From the IMG/VR virus record IMGVR_UViG_3300013108_000466, positions 1 to 56,833 of that record: a stretch of DNA of 56,833 nt; one strand, written 5' to 3'. The position numbers and the translations under genes were made by a program. This document shows, piece after piece, positions 18,319 to 27,143 of the stretch. Position 1 is the first letter of the stretch, and each line of letters opens with the position of its first letter. The notes under the pieces are model-generated. The model was not told the origin of the DNA and did no database searches. It saw nothing but the letters and a program-made list of their open reading frames with translations. Source of the stretch: a virus (lineage: Duplodnaviria; Caudoviricetes).

Positions 18319-20025
18319 ATGAGCTTAAATACTCTTTTAGAAAGCGCAAACCCTTACCAATCACTACAGAGTGATGCTGCTAAATTAGCTGGTAAATGGG
18401 AAAAAACAGGTCTTTTAGAAGGTTTAAATGGTACTCACAAAAACAACATGGGTATTATTTTAGAAAACCAAGCTAAACAACTTGTAGTAGAATCTTCACA
18501 AACTGGTGGAGGTGCTGCGTCTTCAGGTACATTCTCAAGCCAAACTGCTGTTAACATCGGTGGTCAATGGGCTGGAGTTGCTTTACCATTAGTAAGAAAA
18601 GTATTTGGTCAAATCGCAGCAAAAGAATTTGTTAGCGTTCAACCAATGAACTTACCTTCTGGTCTAGTATTTTACCTAGATTTCCAATACGGAAATAACA
18701 AATCTCCTTTCGCTGCAGGTTCTTCATTATATGGAGATAGCGAAGCAGGAGTAACTGAACCATTTGGTAACACAAACTCAGGTGGTCTTTACGGTGCAGG
18801 AAGATTCGGATATTCTGTACAAAACACTTCATCTCAAGTAAACGTTGCTGCTAAAGCAGTAGCTACATGGGCTGACTTTAATTACGATTCTGATTACTCA
18901 TCTTCATTTGGAGATTACTTCAAATTAAGCTTTGCTAAGACAGGAATGGGTAATGGTGATTTTGCAGGTGTTCAAGGATTCCAATTATTCTCAGGTTCAG
19001 CAGCGGAGAGAGTTCCTGCTGACTTAGTAGTAACAGGATCTGCTGGTAAGCAATTATCTGCTTTCACAACTGTAGATTCTACTAACGTTAACTTTTTAGC
19101 ACTTGCGACTGAGTTCCCAAGTACTTCAGGTGACGTAGGAGAAGCACAATCTATCTTATTCCAAATCCAACCAACTGACAGATACAGAGGTGATTTTGAA
19201 GCTGGAAACAGCCAACCAAACGCTTGGAACGACTCAGGTTCGAATGGAAATAGCGGATGTTGCCCTCCACAAGTTATTCCAGAAATCAACATTCAGATGA
19301 AATCATCTGCAATCGTTGCTAAAACTAGAAAACTTAAAGCTGTATGGACTCCAGAATTCGCACAGGATTTAAATGCATACCATGCATTAGATGCTGAGGC
19401 AGAATTAACTTCTATCCTTAGTGAGTATATCTCATTAGAAATTGACTTAGAAATTCTTTCTATGTTAATCGAAGGAGCAGGAGCTGGAACTGAAAACTGG
19501 TCAGCTGTAAACAACACTTCAATTGACAGTGCTGGTGCAATTTCTGACTTAGGATTCTATAATAGCCAAGGACAATGGTTCCAAACTTTAGGAACTAAAA
19601 TCCAAAAACTAAGTAACATCATCCACCAGAAAACTTTAAGAGGTGGTGCTAACTTCTTAGTATGTTCTCCAACTGTAGGTACAATCTTAGAAAGTATTCC
19701 AGGATTTGCTGCTGATTCAGATGGTGATGCTGCTAAAGCAAGCTACGCTTTTGGTGTACAAAAAGTTGGATCTATCAACGGTAGATACAAAGTATACAAA
19801 AACCCTTACATGACTGAAAACAAAATCTTATTAGGATTTAGAGGTTCTCAGTTCCTAGAAAGTGGTGCTGTATTTGCTCCGTACATTCCGTTAATCATGA
19901 CTCCACTAGTATACGATCCAAATACTTTCACTCCAAGAAAAGGATTGTTAACTAGATAAGCTAAGAAAATGGTAAGACCAGAATTTTATGGTACTATCAA
20001 CATCTCAGGATTAAACACACTATAA
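18319..20025 (+). CDS. Major capsid protein (T4 gp23-like), interrupted by an in-frame TAA at 19957-19959
   Basis: VSVQPMNLPSG, KTRKLKAVWTPEFAQDL, and FAPYIPL. After the TAA the frame continues AKKMVRPEFYGTINISGLNTL to a TAA at 20023-20025, matching the expected ...TRY... C-terminus of gp23 homologues. Confidence 0.93.
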
Positions 20026-20054
20026 TCAGAGATTAACTCTTAGTTAGTAAAATT

Positions 20055-20083
20055 AGCCCGAACTCACGTTCGGGCTTTTTTTT
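20055..20083 (+). terminator. Intrinsic terminator after the major capsid gene
   Basis: AGCCCGAAC-TCAC-GTTCGGGCT followed by a T run. Confidence 0.9.
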
Positions 20084-20110
20084 CTCATATTTATAATAAA
20101 ATACTCAATT

Positions 20111-21607
20111 ATGAATGTACCTATTTATGATGGATGTCCAATTTGGAATGATAAATCAGTACCATTTGGATTCTATAATTCAGATGCAACATTTCAAGCT
20201 GACGCTATAAAAGTTACAAAATTCTGTGCTTCTAGATTAGGTTATCCTTTAGTAGATGTTGAATTACAATCAAGTTCGTTTTTTACGGCATTTGAAGAAG
20301 CTGTAACTACATATGGTAATGAATTATACGCATATAAAATACGTGATAATCAATTATCACTTGAAGGTATAACAACTGGATCTAGTTTAAATCAAGCATT
20401 AATAACACCAAGTTTTGAACCAATTGTAAGATTAACAGAACAATATGGTGAAGAAGCAGGTAGTGGTGGGAATGTACCTTACTATTCAGGTTCATTTACA
20501 TTAACATCTAGTGTTCAAGACTATGATTTCCAAACTTTTATGACAGGTAGTGGATTAACAGGTTCAGAATATATTCATGGAATTGAAGTTAAAAAAGTAT
20601 ACTATGAACCAAAATTCCCAGCATCAGCAAGATATTTAGATCCTTATAATGGATTTGGATTTGGAGGAGCAGTAGCAGCTGGTATTGTTGGATTTGGAGG
20701 ATTTGGTCAAGGAATGGGTTATTTAATGGCCCCATTAAATTATGACTTACAAGTAATACAACAAATTGAAATGAATGAAATGGTTAGAATGTCTAATTAT
20801 TCATTTAGAATTCAAGATGATAAATTAAGAATATTCCCAATCCCTAATTTTAATGATACTTACCCTTCAGGGTCATCTTTAGTTATAGGTAATAACTTAT
20901 CTTCATCATTAACACCAAATATTACATTTGCAGCAGATGTTACTTCATCTTTAATTGATTTAACAGCTGGAACAGGTGCTGGTAGTGGTGCTAAATTTGT
21001 AATTATAGGATCACAAGGTACAAATGATACTTATGCTTGTAAAGTAATGGAATCAGGTAGTGGATATACAGCAGGTGATGTAATTACAGTATCAGCAGCT
21101 ACTATAGATGGTTCAAGTGGTGATATAAGTAACACAACGGGAGAATTAAAATTTACATTAAAAGAATCAGATATTACAGCAATATGTGGTGGTGGAACTT
21201 TATGGTTTGATTATATTTTAAGAGATGAAAGAATAAATAGTGCAGTAAGACAAACTCCAACTCGAGTTACTAATGTATCAAATGCACCATATGAAAACCC
21301 AACATATGAATTTATCAACTCAGTTGGTAGACAATGGATATTTGAATACACATTAGCATTAGCAAAAGAAATGTTAGGATATGTAAGAGGAAAATATAGT
21401 AGTATTCCAATACCTAATGCTGAAGTTAATTTAAATCAGGGAGATTTAATATCAGCTGCAACAGCTGAAAAAGCAGCATTAATAGATAGATTAAGAACAT
21501 ATCTTGATGAAACATCAAGACAATCATTGTTAAATAGAAGAGCATCTGAAGCTGAATCAAAGATGGTTGAGTTACAACAAGTGCCCTACACAATATATAT
21601 AGCGTAA
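20111..21607 (+). CDS. Neck/head-tail adaptor protein (T4 gp13-like) with an inserted beta-rich domain
   Basis: RLGYPLVDVEL at the N-terminus and WIFEYTLALAKEMLGYVRGKY at the C-terminus. A Gly/Thr-rich insert carries ESGSGYTAGDVITV. Confidence 0.85.
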   Translation: MNVPIYDGCPIWNDKSVPFGFYNSDATFQADAIKVTKFCASRLGYPLVDVELQSSSFFTAFEEAVTTYGNELYAYKIRDNQLSLEGITTGSSLNQALITPSFEPIVRLTEQYGEEAGSGGNVPYYSGSFTLTSSVQDYDFQTFMTGSGLTGSEYIHGIEVKKVYYEPKFPASARYLDPYNGFGFGGAVAAGIVGFGGFGQGMGYLMAPLNYDLQVIQQIEMNEMVRMSNYSFRIQDDKLRIFPIPNFNDTYPSGSSLVIGNNLSSSLTPNITFAADVTSSLIDLTAGTGAGSGAKFVIIGSQGTNDTYACKVMESGSGYTAGDVITVSAATIDGSSGDISNTTGELKFTLKESDITAICGGGTLWFDYILRDERINSAVRQTPTRVTNVSNAPYENPTYEFINSVGRQWIFEYTLALAKEMLGYVRGKYSSIPIPNAEVNLNQGDLISAATAEKAALIDRLRTYLDETSRQSLLNRRASEAESKMVELQQVPYTIYIA

Positions 21608-21608
21608 T

Positions 21609-22139
21609 ATGGCAATGTTTACTAGAAAAAGGGACTGGTCTCTTATGAGAAACCTAAATAGAGAATTGATGGGTAATATTATAACCCAACAATGTGCCTT
21701 TTACCAATTTCAGTTAGAAGAAACCAAAGTTAATATTTACGGTGAAGCAGCTGAAGAAAAATATTATAATGGTCCTTATTTATTTAATTGTTTAATAAAT
21801 AGATCAAACCAGGATTATGCTTTAGGAATTGAAGGTGTACAATTTGATCAACCTATTGAATTTTATCTTTTAAGAGATGATTTAGTAGAAAAAGATATTG
21901 TTCCTAGAGTAGGAGATATTATACTGTATGAAGAAGCATATTATGGAGTACAAAGTACAGTAGCAAACCAATATTGGGGAGGTAAAAACCCAGATTACCC
22001 TAATAATGATTCAGATGGAGAACTTAATCCACTTAATCCTGGGTTAGAAGAATTTGGAAATAATGTTTCAATTTTAGTATCAACTTATTATATACCTGCT
22101 GATAAAGTAGCTATTTCACCATATCAAGAAAGATTCTAA
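21609..22139 (+). CDS. Neck/head closure protein (T4 gp14-like)
   Basis: Position after gp13, with NIYGE and P.VGDII motifs. Confidence 0.7.
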   Translation: MAMFTRKRDWSLMRNLNRELMGNIITQQCAFYQFQLEETKVNIYGEAAEEKYYNGPYLFNCLINRSNQDYALGIEGVQFDQPIEFYLLRDDLVEKDIVPRVGDIILYEEAYYGVQSTVANQYWGGKNPDYPNNDSDGELNPLNPGLEEFGNNVSILVSTYYIPADKVAISPYQERF

Positions 22140-23086
22140 TGGCAAAACCAAGAAAACCAATACCTAAATCACAATTAACTTTAAGCACAAGTAAACATAC
22201 TGCGTTTAAAGGTAGAGATAGAGAAGGAATACAGACTAATCCTAATGATGCTGTTATCCCAAATAATCCTAATTACTCAGAAACAGGTATTCAACATAAC
22301 AGATCAGCTCAAATGAGCTTTAGAGATGATGATACTAAACAATTTTCTGTAGGTGTTAAAGATATTGATGAAGCAGTATTTTATTATTTTGAAAATAAAA
22401 TTAAACCTTTTGTTTATCAAAATGGTGCAAGAAGAGAAGTACCAGTAATATATGGTGCTCCTGAGAGATGGAAATCATTTCAAAGAGATGGGTACTATAG
22501 AGATAAAAAAGGTGCTATTATGTTACCTATTATTGTAATTAAAAGAGATACAATTACAAAAGATAGAACAGTTGCAAATAAATTAGATGCAAATATGCCT
22601 AATTTATATGGTGTATTTTCTAAACAATTTAGCCAAAAGAATGTTTATAGTAATTTTGCTACATTAAATAATAGAATACCAGTTGAAACTTTTCATGCTG
22701 TAGCACAACCAGACTATGTTACTATGGAATATAGTTGTTTAGTTCAAACTTATTACATGGAACAATTAAACAAAATAATTGAAGCATGTGAATATGGATC
22801 AGATGCATATTGGGGAAATCCTGAAAGATTTATGTTTAGATCTTTTATAGATAGTTTTACTACTGCAACTGAATTAACAGTTAATAAAGATAGATTAGTT
22901 ACTGGAACCTTTAATATTAGATTACGTGGATACCTAATTCCTGATACAATTCAGAAAGACTTAGCATCAACTAAAAAATATAATTCAAAAGCAAAAGTTA
23001 CTATTGGTGTAGAAACAGTTAGCAATATAGAAACAGCAGGTATTCCTACTCAAAACCCTACAACAGACCATAGAAGTAGAGATTAA
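22139..23086 (+). CDS. Tail terminator / sheath stabiliser (T4 gp15-like)
   Basis: VPVIYGAPERW and LPIIVI motifs, positioned before the sheath gene. Confidence 0.7.
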   Translation: MAKPRKPIPKSQLTLSTSKHTAFKGRDREGIQTNPNDAVIPNNPNYSETGIQHNRSAQMSFRDDDTKQFSVGVKDIDEAVFYYFENKIKPFVYQNGARREVPVIYGAPERWKSFQRDGYYRDKKGAIMLPIIVIKRDTITKDRTVANKLDANMPNLYGVFSKQFSQKNVYSNFATLNNRIPVETFHAVAQPDYVTMEYSCLVQTYYMEQLNKIIEACEYGSDAYWGNPERFMFRSFIDSFTTATELTVNKDRLVTGTFNIRLRGYLIPDTIQKDLASTKKYNSKAKVTIGVETVSNIETAGIPTQNPTTDHRSRD

Positions 23087-23134
23087 TTTTAGAAAACAAT
23101 AACATATTTATAATAAATTAAAAACCAAAAAATT

Positions 23135-23386
23135 ATGGCTAGTAAAAAGTTATCAGAAAGCGAGTTGCAAATTTTAGAAGATTTCCAATCTAGAAACAAT
23201 GAAATTGTAGTACAGGTAGGAGCAACAGAATTAAGAATTGATGCCTTAGAAAGGCAAAAAGAGGATTTATTAGAAAAATTCCAAAAGTTAACTGAGGACC
23301 AAACAAAATTTGGTCAAGAGTTACAAGAAAAGTATGGTGATGGTAATATCAATTTAGAAAAAGGAGAGTTTACCGCAGCAGAATAA
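23135..23386 (+). CDS. Small coiled-coil protein (possible chaperone)
   Basis: 83 aa, ending KYGDGNINLEKGEF, with its own late promoter at 23104. Confidence 0.65.
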   Translation: MASKKLSESELQILEDFQSRNNEIVVQVGATELRIDALERQKEDLLEKFQKLTEDQTKFGQELQEKYGDGNINLEKGEFTAAE

Positions 23387-23444
23387 ATTTTTGAAATATT
23401 TTCTAATATTTATAATAAAACAATATTAAATATAATATAAGACA

Positions 23445-25460
23445 ATGGCAGAAACATTAATATCTCCAGGTGTATTAGCAAGAGAAAATGATCAATCCTT
23501 TATTGGGTCTGCACCAATTACATTTGGAGCAGCAATAATTGGACCAGCTATTCAAGGTCCAGTTGGTATTCCAACAGCGGTATCTTCATTCTCGCAATAC
23601 GAAGCTATATTCGGAGGGTCAGTAGAAAGTGGCTCACGATATTACTCATACCTAAACTCAGCAGCAGCATCAAATTATTTCCAACAAGGCGGCGAATCAT
23701 TATTAGTCGTAAGAGTAGTTAGTGGATCAGCAGGATGGTCTGAAGCTTCTTCTTCAATTGCAAATAATTTAGAAGGAACAGCAGGAACTCTTAAAACTAA
23801 CGTTAATGTAAGTGCTTCAATAGGTACAAATGGTATCACAGGTGCAGTAGCAGGAACACATGCATTAGGAACTGTAACCGGTGGTGGTGGAAGTAACAGT
23901 GCAGCAGGTGTATTTACAATTGATGCAAATAATGTAATTTCAAGCATTGTATTTTCAGCAGGAGCAGGATATGCAGCAGGTGAAACTCTTACATTCCAAG
24001 GTTCAGAAGCAGGTGGATCAGGTACTTGTACAATAGTATTAAAAGTTGGTGATATAGTAGGACAAGATGCATTTTCATTAAAAACTATTTCTGAAGGTGC
24101 TGTAATGAATAATTACCAATCAGGAGTAGATGGTGCAAATGGTACATTAACAAATGGTACTAGAAATAACGTAAGATGGGAAATTACAGGTGCTAATACA
24201 GGATCAGGTCAATTTTCATTGTCAATTAGACGTGGTAATGATACAAATTCACAAAAAGCAGTATTAGAACAATATAATAACTTATCAATGGACCCAACAG
24301 CTGCAAATTATGTAGCAAAAGTTATTGGTAATACTTACTATACAGTAGAACAAGATGGTGTTGATTATTATGTAAAATCAAATGGTGAATATCCAAATAG
24401 CAGTGCTTACGTATTTGTAAATGCAGTTAATTCACCAACTCCAGATTACTTTGATAATAATGGAGCAGCTAAAAGTGAATATACTAGTAGTATACCAGTA
24501 ATAGGATCAGGTTCATTCCAAGGTGGAAACGGTACAAATGTTAATTCCGATAATTCACCTGTGAAATTTAATGAAAATATCACGAATACAAACATTCAAG
24601 GATTAATTGCAGCAGAGTATACACAATCATTAAATTTATTATCAAATACCGATGCTTACAGCTTTAATGTAATATCAGCTCCTGGATTAATTAATTCATT
24701 ATCTGATCACTCTTCAGTAGTATCACAGATGGTAAGTTTAGCAGAATCAAGAACTGACTGTATAGCAGTAGTTGATTTAGTACCTTACAACAGTACAGTA
24801 AATACTGTAGTAACACAAGCGTCAGCATTTGATAGTTCTTATGCAGCAACATATTGGCCTTGGTTACAATCAATTGATGCAAACGCACAATATGTTTGGT
24901 CACCAGCTTCTGTGTTTATACCAGGTGTATACGCATTTACAGATGCTTCTTCAGACCCATGGTTCGCACCAGCAGGTCTAGTTAGAGGTGCGTTAGGTAA
25001 CGTAGTTAAAGCAGAAAGAAAATTAACATCAGGTAACAGAGATTCTTTATATGAAGCAAATGTTAACCCAATCGCAACATTCCCAGGAAGTGGAGTTGTA
25101 GTATTTGGTCAGAAAACATTACAGAAAAGAGCAAGTGCTTTAGATAGAGTAAATGTACGTAGATTGTTAATAGCATTAAAATCTTATATAGTACAAGTAT
25201 CAGATAACTTAGTATTTGAACAAAATACAATCAGCACAAGAAATAATTTCTTAGCACAAGTTAATCCATACTTAGAATCAGTACAACAAAGACAAGGATT
25301 ATACGCGTTTAAAGTTGTAATGGATGCTACAAACAACACACCAGATGTGATAGATAGAAACGAGTTAGTAGGACAAATTTACCTACAACCAACTAAAACA
25401 GCTGAATTCATTATATTAGATTTCAATGTTTTACCAACTGGAGCAACGTTTCCATCATAA
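23445..25460 (+). CDS. Contractile tail sheath protein (T4 gp18-like)
   Basis: SPGVLARE, PWFAPAG, LYEANVNPI, GQKTLQ, DRVNVRRL, and PTKTAEFI. Confidence 0.97.
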   Translation: MAETLISPGVLARENDQSFIGSAPITFGAAIIGPAIQGPVGIPTAVSSFSQYEAIFGGSVESGSRYYSYLNSAAASNYFQQGGESLLVVRVVSGSAGWSEASSSIANNLEGTAGTLKTNVNVSASIGTNGITGAVAGTHALGTVTGGGGSNSAAGVFTIDANNVISSIVFSAGAGYAAGETLTFQGSEAGGSGTCTIVLKVGDIVGQDAFSLKTISEGAVMNNYQSGVDGANGTLTNGTRNNVRWEITGANTGSGQFSLSIRRGNDTNSQKAVLEQYNNLSMDPTAANYVAKVIGNTYYTVEQDGVDYYVKSNGEYPNSSAYVFVNAVNSPTPDYFDNNGAAKSEYTSSIPVIGSGSFQGGNGTNVNSDNSPVKFNENITNTNIQGLIAAEYTQSLNLLSNTDAYSFNVISAPGLINSLSDHSSVVSQMVSLAESRTDCIAVVDLVPYNSTVNTVVTQASAFDSSYAATYWPWLQSIDANAQYVWSPASVFIPGVYAFTDASSDPWFAPAGLVRGALGNVVKAERKLTSGNRDSLYEANVNPIATFPGSGVVVFGQKTLQKRASALDRVNVRRLLIALKSYIVQVSDNLVFEQNTISTRNNFLAQVNPYLESVQQRQGLYAFKVVMDATNNTPDVIDRNELVGQIYLQPTKTAEFIILDFNVLPTGATFPS

Positions 25461-25506
25461 AAACTAGAAAATAGAATATTTATAATAAAATAAATAAAAT
25501 AATAAA

Positions 25507-25995
25507 ATGGCAGTATTAGACCCAAACGAAATATTTTTCACAGCTTTTGAGCCAAAGCAAAAGAATAGATTTATTCTTTATGTAGATGGAATCCCATCAT
25601 ACCAAATTAAAGGTATGGGAGCTGTAACATTAAACCAAGGTACAGTAGCTTTAAATCATATTAACGTTCAGAGATTTGTTAAAGGTAAATCTACTTGGAA
25701 CCCAATATCAATGACGTTATTTGATCCAATAACTCCATCAGGTGCACAAGCAGTAATGGAATGGGTTAGATTACACCACGAATCAGTAACAGGTAGAGAT
25801 GGTTATAGTGATTTCTATAAGAAAGATCTTACATTAGATGTATTAGGACCTGTAGGAGATATCGTATCTGAATGGATTATTAAAGGTGCTTTAATCACTT
25901 CAGCTGATTTTGGAGATTTCAATTGGGATACTGAAAATGCTGCTCAAGAAATTAGTTTAGAAGTACAACCAGATTATTGTATTTTAAATTTCTAA
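25507..25995 (+). CDS. Tail tube protein (T4 gp19-like)
   Basis: Follows the sheath gene. Contains EPKQKNRF, W.PISMT, and YKKD...L...G..V.EW. Confidence 0.9.
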   Translation: MAVLDPNEIFFTAFEPKQKNRFILYVDGIPSYQIKGMGAVTLNQGTVALNHINVQRFVKGKSTWNPISMTLFDPITPSGAQAVMEWVRLHHESVTGRDGYSDFYKKDLTLDVLGPVGDIVSEWIIKGALITSADFGDFNWDTENAAQEISLEVQPDYCILNF

Positions 25996-26021
25996 GAAAA
26001 TTTCAACATATTTTTAAAAAT

Positions 26022-26048
26022 AGCTTGGCTTTGCCAAGCTTTTTTTTT
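26022..26048 (+). terminator. Intrinsic terminator after the tail tube gene
   Basis: AGCTTGGC-TTT-GCCAAGCT followed by T8. Confidence 0.9.
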
Positions 26049-26098
26049 ACATTAATATGTATAACTAGAAACAACGTTATAAACTAAATAAAGATTAT

Positions 26099-26827
26099 AT
26101 GAGCGATTTTAAATTTCCAACGGAAACTATTGATTTACCCTCAAAAGGTATAGTATACCCTAAAGATCATCCTTTATCTAAGGGTAAAATAGAAATTAAA
26201 TATATGACTGCTAGAGAAGAAGATATTCTTTCTAACCAATCTTATATTCAAAAAGGTATTGTTTTAGATAAACTATTAAATTCATTGATTGTTACTGAAG
26301 GAGTAAAAATTGATGATTTAATTGTTGGAGACAAAAATGCAGTATTTATTGTATCTAGAATTTTAGGTTATGGTAAATATTATGAAGTAAGTATTAATGG
26401 TGTAGAACATAAAATCGATTTAACTGAGTTAAATAATAAAGAATTTGATACCAAAGGTTTAGAACAAGGTCAAAATGAATTTACTTATAAAATAGAATCA
26501 ACAGGTACTGTTCTAACATATAAAATTCTAACAGGAAAAGACGAAAAAGCTATTGATAGAGAATTAGCTGGATTAAAAAAGATTAATAAAGAATCAAATC
26601 CTGCACTTACTACTAGATTAAAACATATGATTACATCAGTAGATGGAAAGGATGAGAAAAAAGATATTAGGGAATTTGTAGATAATTATTTATTAGCTAG
26701 AGATTCTAGGGCATTTCGAGAACACGTAAAAAACACACAACCCGATGTTAATATGAATTATGTTCTTGAGAGTGGAGAGGAGGTAACAGTCCCTATAGGA
26801 CTTAACTTTTTTTGGCCTGACATCTAA
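26099..26827 (+). CDS. Baseplate hub assembly / tail assembly chaperone (T4 gp26-like)
   Basis: IDLPSKG..Y, MTAREEDIL, DLIVGD, ending NFFWPDI. Confidence 0.8.
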   Translation: MSDFKFPTETIDLPSKGIVYPKDHPLSKGKIEIKYMTAREEDILSNQSYIQKGIVLDKLLNSLIVTEGVKIDDLIVGDKNAVFIVSRILGYGKYYEVSINGVEHKIDLTELNNKEFDTKGLEQGQNEFTYKIESTGTVLTYKILTGKDEKAIDRELAGLKKINKESNPALTTRLKHMITSVDGKDEKKDIREFVDNYLLARDSRAFREHVKNTQPDVNMNYVLESGEEVTVPIGLNFFWPDI

Positions 26828-27119
26828 GACCGCACCCCTAGCCAGGAAGAAACTTTTTAAAGATATTCATGATATAGTATTCCATGGAAATGGTGGATTT
26901 GATTATCACACTGTTTACAATATGCCTATTTGGTTAAGGAAATTTACTTTTAAAGAAATCCAAGACCATTTTGATGACCAACAAAGACAACACAAGGAAG
27001 CTATGGAAAGACGTAAAAATCAAGGTAAAAAATCCTTAGTAAGCTCTGATGGTAAAGTAAATGTACCAGCATTTACTGAAGCTAGTAAGCCATATAAAGG
27101 TAAAACAAGTTATAAGTAA
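26814..27119 (+). CDS. gp51-like chaperone extension, probably translated by a +1/-2 frameshift from the gp26-like gene
   Basis: This frame is open from 26799. The conserved-looking LFKDIHDIVFHGNGGFDYHTVYNMPIWLR lies mostly upstream of the first ATG (26922). A T7 run sits at 26807-26813. Confidence 0.65.
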   Translation, partial: GLTSKTAPLARKKLFKDIHDIVFHGNGGFDYHTVYNMPIWLRKFTFKEIQDHFDDQQRQHKEAMERRKNQGKKSLVSSDGKVNVPAFTEASKPYKGKTSYK

Positions 27120-27143
27120 TAATATTTATAATAAAACCTATTT

